A DNA stretch of 64,000 nt from Ostrea edulis. Its lineage: Eukaryota. This document shows, piece by piece, positions 24,001-36,200 of the stretch. The position numbers and the translations under genes are program-made. Position 1 is the first letter of the stretch; each line of letters begins with the position of its first letter. The notes below the pieces were generated by a model. It worked only from the letters and a program-made list of their open reading frames with translations, ran no database searches and had not been told where the DNA came from. The stretch spans positions 3,534,001-3,598,000 of the forward strand of contig NC_079164.1 of NCBI RefSeq assembly GCF_947568905.1. The letters are read 5' to 3'.

Positions 24001-27000
24001 TATCACTGAAGATCATACAAATTTATACATCGTAAACAAACAACCATGCAGTAAAATTATTTCATATCAAAGAAATTTAAATCTTTACCCAAATATCTCA
24101 ACCAACCATTTCAAGCTGAACATTTTGTGTAATATATTGTTATCCAGGGATTTTTTGTTTTTTTTTGTTTTTCAAACTACCACCCCTCCCTTTGAAATGG
24201 GAAAAATTAGCGACATTTTCCTCAAATTGGGAAAAATTATTCATAGTACATTAAAATGGTAAAGATGCATAAAATAATCAAATAACAATTTTTTATGTTT
24301 GAGGTTTATTTCAGATCTGATTTTAAATCATAAAATAAATCATTATTTAACATTAAATATGTATTGGAAGTCAGTACACCTTGTATAGATATTATTTACT
24401 TTTTCTAAGAAATACTTATTGTCTAACTTCATAAAGAAAATAATAAATCATTAATTCACCCATAATCTTGTAAATATTATATTAATAATCAAGTTTCCCG
24501 AATGTCTCTCCTGTTTGTATTTTCGGATTTTAGTAAAACCCTATACTGTTGGCCACTTCCTGTTATTAGTCTGACCCTACATATAATGGCAGTCAAACGA
24601 AATTGTCAACAATATGGCTTAATGTGTATCTGGAAACTATATATTTCGCTGTATATCTGCTTATATGGATGCCTCTATTGTTTTACATATTTTTTACAAA
24701 ACCTTTTGCATGTGCAGTGGTTTGGAGAATAAAACTGAAGAAAAAAACAGATTTACTCGTTGTCAGCAATATACGGTAACTTTTTTTATTAAATGTCCTA
24801 ATTTCCCTAGATCTGAAATGGAAAAACATATATATATAATTGGGAAAAAATAGCTAATTTTAGTGAGGGGAAACAGCCGAATATCGGTGGCATTTTGGCC
24901 CCCCCCAAAAATCACTGTTATCGATCGTCAAATGTAATGTAATCTTGGTCTGGCTGTTACACAATGTTAAAATAGAGATTGACTTTCCCCCAGATATAAG
25001 TATATTTCTGAAGTCGTTGAGATAGAAGTACCCAGACTAGTAAGAGATTGACTTACCCCCAGATATAAGTATATTTCTGAAGTCGTTGAGATAGTAGTAT
25101 CCAGACTAGTAAGAGATTGACTTACCCCCAGATATAAGTATATTTCTGAAGTCGTTGAGATAGTAGTACCCCAGACTTGAGGACTCGTTGCTGTATCTAT
25201 AGAATGCTTCTACGCTGGAGTTTCTGCAAAGTTAGTCAAACAAAAGAAATACGTGGAGCGCCAAATTAACTTAAACTTAAATACTGCAGATATCTTTAAT
25301 TATTTGAAGATATCAATTCATTTTATGCACACAATAATTCAATAAAAGATCTCTTCAAATGATTAATGATATCTTCAATTATGAATTGAATGAAAGAAAA
25401 CAGAGGTGAGCAAGCTCGCACACCCCACACTCCACCATTGCTTGACAATGCCTCACATAATGAATGGTAATGCTATGCATCACTGCAAGAACAGGACAGA
25501 CAGACTCAAAATTCAAGTTCAATAAGGGCATAACTCCCACAAAAATTATTGAATCAGAATTTACTGGGAATATGCACATCTACACAGTATGTCCTTGTAA
25601 AGTACAATGTTTCACAAAATTCTGTTCAGCGGTCTCGGAGAAGTTGCGCTGACAAGAACAGGACAGATAGGCTCAAAAGTCTACTTTCAAAAGGGGCATA
25701 ACTCCCACAAAAATTACTGAAACAGAATTTTCTGGGAATATATGCACATCTACACAGTGTGTCCTTATTAATTACAAAGTTTCATGAAATTCTGTTGAGC
25801 AGTCTCAGAGGAGTTGTGCTGACAAGAACAGGACAGACGGGCTCAGAAGTCTAAGTTCAAAAGGGGCGTAACTCCCAGAAAAATTGTTGAATCAGAATTT
25901 CCTGGGAATATGCACATCTGCACAGTGTGTCCTTATTAACTACAAAGGTTAACAAAATTCTGTTGAGCGGTCTCAGAGGAGTTGCGCTAACAAGAAAGGG
26001 ATTGACGGACTGAGAGACTGGTCAAAAACATTATACCCTCCGCAACTTCGTTGCGTGGGGTATGATAATACGAGTTGTAGCTGTGTGATCATGAGAGACA
26101 CGATATCTATATTTCTTTGTTACAGACAAAGACACTGTAAGACTGTAAATATAACTGGATTTTGTGTTATTACAGACAAAGACACTGTAAGACTGTAAAT
26201 ATAACTGGATTTTGTGTTATTACAGACAAAGACACTGTAAGACTGTAAATATAACTGGATTTTGTGTTATTACAGACAAAGACACTGTAAGACTGTAAAT
26301 ATAACTGGATTTTGTGTTATTACAGACAAAGACACTGTAAGACTGTAAATATAACTGGATTTTGTGTTATTACAGACAAAGACACTGTAAGACTGTAAAT
26401 ATAACTGGATTTTGTGTTATTACAGACAAAGACACTGTAAGACTGTAAATATAACTGGATTTTGTGTTATTACAGACAAAGACACTGTAAGACTGTAAAT
26501 ATAACTGGATAACCTTGGTCGATAAACCAAGGACACACAGTACTGCAGATAAACAGGACTTACTTGCAGCAGTTCCTGAGATCTACACACAGTGCTGCAG
26601 ATAAACAGGACTTACTTGCAGTAGTTCCTGAGATCGACACACAGTAGTGCGGATAAACAAGACTTACTTGCAGCAGTTTCTGAGATCTACCCACAGTACT
26701 GCAGATAAACAGGACTTACTTGCAGCAGTTTCTGAGATCCACATACAAGAAACACTCCATGGCAACGATGGCAAAGAAATAGTAAACCAGCATAATAACA
26801 ACCACCAGACTGAAAAAAAAGGTTAAAGGTCAGGCTAAAAATAGTCATTGTTACCACATTCGTAACATAGCCTAGACAATGACTTGTTACATCAAATGAA
26901 TCCGAGATAATCTAGCCCTTTGAATACAATAAGGACACAATATCATAGAGCTAATAAATAGTCTATTATAAAATCTGCATAAAATCTAGAGAATGTTAGT

Positions 27001-30000
27001 GTTCAATATCCTGAGAATTTATTGAATGCTAACTTTGCATTGCATAAATTGTATGCGCCCGAAACATTCTGAGTATGAGCGTTCAATATTGACGTTACCG
27101 TAACGACGTAAACAAGCCAAAATGGCAGACGACAGTCCTCCGAATCTGACAGAGCCGGTATTTGATATTTACTTAAGCAAATGTTTTACTGTACATAAAT
27201 TATAATGTCCCCATTCACAAAATTAGTTTGCTTCATGCATTAATGACAGGTTGAATATTGAACAGTTAAGAAAAAAATGCTGATATTGCACACCTTCACC
27301 TTAGATGCCAATATTGATGAATTCTCATCTATTTTGGAATATTTTGAGTGAAAAGGGATATAATTTAACAACTAAATACTTTAGCTGAATAATAAAAGGG
27401 TTATTGAACTTATATTGGTGAATATTGGCACTCGTTGGCTGTCAAAATGCACTCGCAAGCTCGTGCATTTTCAAAGCCAAATCGTGCCAATATTCACCAA
27501 TATAAGTTCAATAACCCTATATTATTGTATGCTGGAGGATCTTTAAAGTAATATTGTTGTTAGGTGATCATTATCATTTTTTTTAAAAACCATTTAATGT
27601 GAATCTAAAAAATAGCCATGACTTTTGAACATCTTTACCTGATGAGTCTGGAGAAGAGGATGAACAGCGTTCCTAGGACATCTCTGTAACTTCTCTTCAT
27701 CCGGAATAATCTGTCAAAATAATGTCAAATTAACAGAACATGTTTGTAACTTCATCCGGAATAATCTGTCAAAATAATGTCAAATTAACAGAACATGTTT
27801 GTAACTTCATCCGGAATAGTCTGTCAAAATAATGTCAAATTAACAGAACATGTTTGTAACTCCATCCGGAATAATCTGTCAAAATAATGTCAAATTAACA
27901 GAACATGTTTGTAACTTCATCCGGAATAGTCTGTCAAAATAATGTCAAATTAACAGAACATGTTTGTAACTCCATCCGGAATAATCTGTCAAAATAATGT
28001 CAAATTAACAGAACATGTTTGTAACTCCATCCGGAATAATCTGTCAAAATAATGTCAAATTAACAGAACATGTTTGTAACTTCATCCGGAATAGTCTGTC
28101 AAAATAATGTCAAATTAACAGAACATGTTTGTAACTCCATCCGGAATAATCTGTCAAAATAATGTCAAATTAACAGAACATGTTTGTAACTTCATCCGGA
28201 ATAGTCTGTCAAAATAATGTCAAATTAACAGAACATGTTTGTAACTTCATCCGGAATAATCTGTCAAAATAATGTCAAATTAACAGAACATGTTTGTAAC
28301 TTCATCCGGAATAGTCTGTCAAAATAATGTCAAATTAACAGAACATGTTTGTAACTTCATCCGGAATAATCTGTCAAAATAATGTCAAATTAACAGAACG
28401 TCTCTGTAACTTCTCTTCATCCGGAATAATCTGTCAAAATAATGTCAAATTAACAGAACATGTTTGTAACTTCATCCGGAATAATCTGTCAAAATAATGT
28501 CAAATTAACAGAACATCTCTGTAACTTCTCTTCATCCGGAATAATCTGTCAAAATAACGTAAAATTAACAAAACGTCTCTGTAACTTCTCTTCATCCGGA
28601 ATAATCTGTCAATTGTCAAATTAACAGCGGACTATTCTTGTTATGAAACAATGTACTGACATACTCACCTGAGAAGTCTAAATGGCCGGAGGACTGTGAT
28701 GTAGAAAAACGAGTCGTTGAAGTACTCCCCTAATAAACCAATGACACTGGTCACCGTCACCAGAAAGTCAAACCTACAAAGTAGCACGAAGTGATGAACA
28801 CACAGGGTAACAACATGGATTCCCATCATTCTAAATTACTCTGCAAGTCCAAGACTACCTGTGAAAATTCTCTAATTTGATGTAGTTAACACCTATAATC
28901 GATCATTAGTCAATTTGTCTATCATAATCTTACAGCATTCGTACAGTTAAAATGATACTGGATGTTTCAAATCAGGTGACCTGACAGTTGTCAATACATA
29001 GGCTAAACATGGTCCTGCCGTTTCTAACAATTCTTTTAATTCAATAGTATCTATCTTAAAATGAATATACAGTCAATTTGTTATTGACATTAATCAATCA
29101 TCAGGCAGTATTTTTAAAAGATATAAAATAAAGTGGGCATTTTACAGTGGTTTAAGGGTTACAAAATTTGATTACCAAATTGATCACATCCATGTGAAGT
29201 TTCAAGCTAGAAGAATGATTTCGATTGGATGATTGAATCACATGAATGTACAGGATATACAGAAATAAAACAATTTCGATTGGATGATTGAATCACATGA
29301 ATGTACAGGATATACAGAAATAAATCAATTTTGATTGGATGATTGAATCACATGTACAGGATATACAGAAATTAAAAAATTTTGATTGGATGATTCACCA
29401 TATAGAAATAAAACAATCTTTAAGATATCCATTAAAGTGTCAATACTTTCTACCCTTTAGAATAACAAATATTTCTTACAAATCCCATCCTGTTGTAAAA
29501 TATTCAAGTGGACCTTTGGCAAGAATCTTGACTGAAGCTTCTATGGTGTATACTGAAAAGCAACACATTGTTGGTTACATTTCTGTCTTACATACCTGTA
29601 CACATTGGATTTAAAAAAAAAAAAATTCACGTAATCATTTTACACATGTACGTGCATACTATTGAACCATTAAGTAAACTTACTGCATATAAAAATGATG
29701 GAGGCCCACGTGATAGTAAAGTTGTAATGTTTAACATTGATGTTCTGTTCTGTAAATAGAGTTTAGTCATTACAGTAAAGTTGTAATGTTTAACATTGAT
29801 ATTCTGTTCTGAAAATAGAGTTTAGTCATTACAGTAAAGTTGTAAATGTTTACCATTGATGTTCTGTTCTGTAAATATAGTTTAGTCATTACAGTAAAGT
29901 TGTAAATGTTTAACATTGATATTCTGTTCTGTAAATAGAGTTTAGTCATTACAGTAAAGTGGTAGAGTTTAACATTGATGTTCTAAAATTAGCAGCACTT

Positions 30001-33000
30001 TTCATAAATACTTTTTTTCAAAATGTCCACACTTGCATTAAATGACTTCCAAAACATTAGACATTTATGCATTAGTGGTACTAAATACCTTCCAATACAT
30101 GTGGCTTTTCACCTCTTGATGAAACTTACTTGAAAGTGTAATCGTCTCAACCAGGATCCAGATAAAATTTGCCGCTATAACAAAGTCTGAAAAAGCAATA
30201 TCTTAATTTTTTACTGTAAGTTTTAATGTGTATTCTCCTAATTTGATTTTTAGCACTAAATCTGTAATTTAAAAATACATAATTAACACAAAAAGTGTGC
30301 ATGAATTTGTTGTTTAATAGGTAAAATATCCAAGATTATTTAAACCTGTAGCTGCGATGAATTAGATATTTATGATGTATGACATAAAAAACAAGATTTA
30401 GTATAGATTTCACACCACTTTCTATGACCTAAGATTGCTGATTTTCAACACGTTTGTATGGGCCACTTATGTCATTTTCTATGACCTAAGATTGCTGATT
30501 TTCAACACATGTTTGTATGGGCCACTTATATCAATCACAATAAGATTTACTCATGTTAGTCTTTATATCTTGATGATAAAAAGGAATTCATCTTCGTTTA
30601 ATTGACACATGTAGCCAACTTCAAAAAACATTTCAAAGAATGCAGAAAATATTGTAATGTCACACTCCAGAAAGAAAAAGCAATCAGTTTTGGGAAAATA
30701 TAAATTTAATATTTGATTGTGTAAATGATTATTGCATTTCAGAGAAAGCAAAGAATCTTTAAAATTTCAAGGCCAGAAATTACAATTGTCAAACCTCGCC
30801 CTTCATAGAATGACTTCTAAATTCATCATTAATATCAAACACGTACAGCAATAAAGTAACCATTTTTTTAAAAATGCTTAGATGTAAGTTTATATTGTAA
30901 ATGTACTCTAATTACAAAAAAACTCTTTTCTACATAAATATTTGTTACTTACAAATGAACACTTCAAACCATCGCCAATTAACAAAATCATGCAATTCTG
31001 AAAAGAAACGAGACCGTCGTGAGAAATATACAAGTGGGAAGCGAGGAGGCGACTGGCTCCTGCTTCTCTTAGATTTGTGATTATAAAATTTGAATTCTTT
31101 CACGTAAATCAAAATATCAACACATGTATAAAAAAAAACAACCAAAACAAACAAGATGTACTGTGAGCAATGCTCACTAAGAATACCCCCCGCTTACCCC
31201 AATCTCCCAAAGGGTGTTGTTAATAGGTATAAATTACCTCTTTCCTGAGTGTAAAAATATGGTATGCATTTGTAGAAGAAAATGGAAGATATAGTCCAAA
31301 CACAAATCCATGGCATAAACCTATAATTTTGACTTTGAGATCAAAGGTCAAGGTCATAAAGAGGTCATGAATGTACATGACACATAGTCTCATGGTGATA
31401 CACCCATGTCTTATGGTATGACCAGTGTTCGAGCTGGGCTTCGCCATTTTCGCCAATGGCGAATTTTTTTCAAAAATGGCGAAAAAAAATTGAAAGTGGC
31501 GAAAATCCCTTTTTGCAATAAATTGTATTTTAAATCCTGTCAGTTACGCATTATAGCCTGTTTGTTTATGCAGTCAAAATCTGTTTATTCAGTCAACGCG
31601 TGCGACCGGAAATCTCGCGTCGCTCCAGTGCACACAGAGCTGGTCACAGCCTCAGGTAATTTATGGCTGCAATCGGTGATTATGTAATAAAGTACATCGG
31701 ACAGCTGTTTACCCTGCTGTGGTCAATTGTTTAACATTTAAAGTCTTATTCATTTTCGTGTTATCATCTCCACATTAATGTCAATTCTTAACCAGAGAAC
31801 CGACCGGTAATTAAATTGGCCGTATTATTGTGTATAATGTATATATGAATACATCAATTGTTTGTTTTTGCAGCCAAATTCGTTGATTACAAGATTTTGA
31901 TTTTAATGTGTTTGATTTTAGTTCGAATATTTCATAAACAATGCGGTCGGTCACCATTGATATGGACATAGCAATTTTAATAAATAATTTTCTTTGAAGT
32001 TCGTTGCGCAACAGTATAAAAATGCTAATCTCATAAGACTATGCACCCCATTCTATTTTGACACTAAACTTGTAGCTTCTGACCCTAGTCAGTCTAAAAT
32101 TAAAACATAACTATGTTTGGCTTTACAGTCAACCACACCTGCTCAAACATCTGATTCTGTCCAAATTGCAAAATCTTCCATACAAAAACGGAAATTTAAT
32201 AGGGAATGGTTGAGATACGACTCTAAATTGGGCTTGATGTTTTGTGACATCTGCATTTCGGGCAATGTACACAATGTTTTCACTGAGGGGTGTAGCATCA
32301 TGAAGTTTATATTTATATGATTTATTATCTGAATTTTGATTTCCATAATAGAATTTATCAAACAAAAAAACTTATTATTTCAGAAAGAAGTGTTTAGGTA
32401 TGGTAGCTGGATATGATTAAGTAATGTAACTGATTCAAAATGCTAAAATAAGTGTAATGAATAAAATAATATATAATATGATGGAAATAATTGTAAAGCA
32501 TGCAATTATTTGTGCCGCGCCGCTCCCCGAAAAAGTGGCGAAAGGGAATTCTGGTCCAGTGGGAGCACTGGGTATGACTATGTCAAAACCCTATAATCAA
32601 TTTTGACCTTGAGGTCAAAGTTCAAGGTCATATACAGGTCATGAAGGTACTCGACACATCGTCTCATGGTGATACACTCATGTGTCAAATATGATATGCC
32701 TATGTCAAAGAACAAAGAAGTCATGGCCCGGACATGAATCCATTGTAAAAACCTTTAATTTTGACCTTGAGGTCAAGGTCATATGGAGGTCATGAAGGTA
32801 CATGACACATCGTCTCCTGGTGATACACTCATGTGTCAAATATGGTATGCCTATGTTAAAGAACAAAGAAGTTATGGCCCGGACACGAATCCATTGTAAA
32901 AAAAACTTTAGTTTTGACCTTGAGGTCAAGGGTCAAGGTCATATGGAGGTCATGAAGGTACATGACACATCGTCTCATGGTGATACACTCATGTGTCAAA

Positions 33001-33248
33001 TATGGTATGCCTATGTCAAAGAACAAAGAAGTTATGGCCCGGACACGAATCCATTGTAAAAAACCTTTAATTTTGACCTTGAGGTCAAGGGTCAAGGTCA
33101 TATAGAGGTCATGAAGGTACATGACACATCATTTCATGGTGATCTACCTGTGTGCCAAATATGGTATGCCTAAGTCAAAGAACAAAGAAGTTATGGCCCG
33201 GACACGAATCTGCACAGACAGACAGACGGACAGACGGACGGACAGACG

Positions 33249-33282
<34 letters not shown>

Positions 33283-36200
33283 CCCCAGAACTTCGTTCAG
33301 GGGGTATAAAAACATAAAATAAACAGGAGGGAAAATTTTTTTAATTTACCAACTAATTTATTCCTTAATTAAAATGTTCTTGCAGGTACGTGATCGATTT
33401 ACCAATGACAATATTGGGATTGGAGTTTACTTTCTGCTTTATCGGCGCCTTTTTATGAAAGCCGTAAGGCAGAAAATACTCACTTTTGAAAATAAAGTTG
33501 AAGGGGTGCTTGAAATGTGTTGACCAGATCTTAAATTCATCTTGCTTGGGCTGAAAGAAGAATCCTAGAGAATTATAGACACAATGTATAAACAGGTGCT
33601 TGTTCTGATCCACAATAAAAGACTAGGTACATGTACCAGTGGTGGATCCAAAATTATAAAATCCAAGTGCTACATTAGTTCTAGGAAATAGATCTGTGTG
33701 TCAAGGGATATTTAAAACTACACCTAACATTGTCCTATTCACTTCACAGACAAAATCAATCCGCAGTCTCTTTGACACTGACCTCCCACTGAAGGTCAAG
33801 GACACTGAATACATTGTAAAATTCTTCCAGACTCAGTTTGCCGACCTTGGACGTATTCAGGGTTTTGAAAGACAAATAGGCATCCAATCTCTCTAAAGAA
33901 AAAAATAAAGCAATAGTTCAAAGCATATTACCTCTCCGTGTTAACTGAGGATGACTCATTAGAGAAAAACATTTTAATAAAATACTTACTTTTATTTGGC
34001 TTTAGGTACTTGAGCATACCCATAAAGTTTCGAATACTGACTTTATTTCTATCCTACAAAACATAATTCAACATAAAGTTTTGAATACCGACTTTATTTC
34101 CATCCTACAAAACATGATTCAACGCAAAGTTTCGAATACCAGCTTTATTTCTATCCTAGAAAACATGGTTCAACATAAAAAATTTCTTGTTTTGCAAAAA
34201 TATTTTTTTTTATTATCTATTGCCACTGTAAAAAGGAAATTTGAGGTTGGGAATATAATCATTTTGGATTGTAATAAGGAGAAAATCACTAAAATAAACC
34301 CTCATGTGAATGAAGTCTATAATTATTTATTTCTCACCATGACCCCCCTACCCTGCAGAGATTTATAATACATTTATCAATAAAACAAAAATTAACTGCA
34401 AAAAATAACCCACACCCAGTCCTACAAAAGTTAATTAAACCCACACCCAGTCCTACAAAAGTTAATTAAACCCACACCCAGTCCTACAAAAGTTAATTAA
34501 ACCCACACCCAGTCCTACAAAAGTTAATTAAATCCACACCCAGTCCTACAAAAGTTAATTAAATCCACACCCAGTCCTACAAAAGTTAATTAGATTTATC
34601 TGAATCACCTCCCTTTACGCCTAGAAAACGGTGAAACTTTGGTACATACACAGACACTCGATGTTTTGAATATCAATAAAAAAAATTGTCTTCCTATTTC
34701 TTTACAGGAAGAATTTCTTTCTATTATTGATATTTAAAATGTCGAGTGTCTGTGGGTACATATATTGATTTCAATCTGAAGGCAAAATTTACTGGGGTAT
34801 CCGACAAGTAATGACACATTTTGATAAGAAAAGCTCAAACGTCCTCTGGATCAACAGAGCTGATTCTTTTTAATTAAATGAGTTTTGCTATACTCTGTTA
34901 AAATACCTGTTGTGTTACAAGGAGTTTAAAGGCATGCTGACAGCCGGTTCTCTTGTGGAAATATAACCTCTTTAATTTCCTCTTCTCCAGATTCGAAAAG
35001 GTATCGTAGACAACAGCCAGTAACTAAGAAAACATATCAGACTCAGTTAATATAGGAACTTCAGTAGGAAAACTACTGAGATCTATGGGGTGGAATTTAT
35101 AGCTGTAAAGATATTGAAAAGAATAGAGCAAAATGGCAGTGTTTAGATTTCTTTTGAAGGGCGTTTCATAAAGGTATACAACATTTAGGTTAAGGCTACA
35201 AATGGGTGTTTTCATACAAATGAGATTCTAAAAACGTATAATTAACAGTAAAACTCTCCTTTTATACAGTGTGGGCACATTTACATCTAAATATTGTAAA
35301 ATTACAGTAAAACTCTAATTTTATACAGTGTGGGCCCATTTACATCTAAATATTGTATAATTAACAGTAAAACTCTCCTTTTATACAGTGTGGGCACATT
35401 TACATCTAAATATTGTATAATTACAGTAAAACTCTTCTTTTATACAGTGTGGGCACATTTACATCTAAATATTGTAAAATTACAGTAAAACTCTTTTTTT
35501 ACACAGTGTGGGCACATTTACGTCTAAATATTGTATAATTACAGTAAAACTCTCCTTTTACACAGTGTGGGCACATTTACATCTAAATATTGTATAATTA
35601 CAGTAAAACTCTCCTTTTATACAGTGTGGGCACATTTACATCTAAATATTGTATAATTACAGTAAAACTCTCCTTTTATACAGTGTGGGCACATTTACAT
35701 CTAAATATTGTATAATTACAGTAAAACTCTTTTTTTACACAGTGTGGGCACATTTACATCTAAATATTGTATAATTACAGTAAAACTCTCCTTTTATACA
35801 GTGTGGGCACATTTACATGCTGGTTGTATGTGACATGTAACACTTCATACTGACGATGACATCATGTATTTCTGTACACAGTAAAACACAGTTATAGTGA
35901 ACCTCCAGGGCCAGCAAAAAAGTTTGTATTGACCAAACTTAATTATACAGAACAACAGAGTTATAATGAATCTCCAGGACCAGCGAAAAACAGTTCATTG
36001 TAACCAAACTTCATTATACAGTAAAACACGGTTATAGTCCACCTTCAGAGCCAGTGAAAAACAGTTCATTATAACCAAACTTTGTTACAGTAAAACATGG
36101 TTATAGTGAACCTCCAGGGTCAGCGAAAAACAGGTTGTTGTAACCAAACTTCATTATACAGTAAAACATGGATATAGTTTTCCTTCAGAGCCAGTGAAAA

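Noticed and set aside
26050-26510. 50-bp array with TTTACAG as another TPC1 acceptor array
   Set aside because: The adjacent sequence has no TPC1-like reading frame, and exons 19 and 20 already join in phase.
27695-28625. Regular 40-60 bp direct repeats here and elsewhere resembling CRISPR arrays
   Set aside because: Head-to-tail tandem units without unique spacers, no cas genes, and spliceosomal gene context.
34410-34590. 30-bp array containing TTTTGTAG|GA, similar to the exon-10 acceptor
   Set aside because: Similarity is limited to about 10 nt and the array is 350 nt from the exon.
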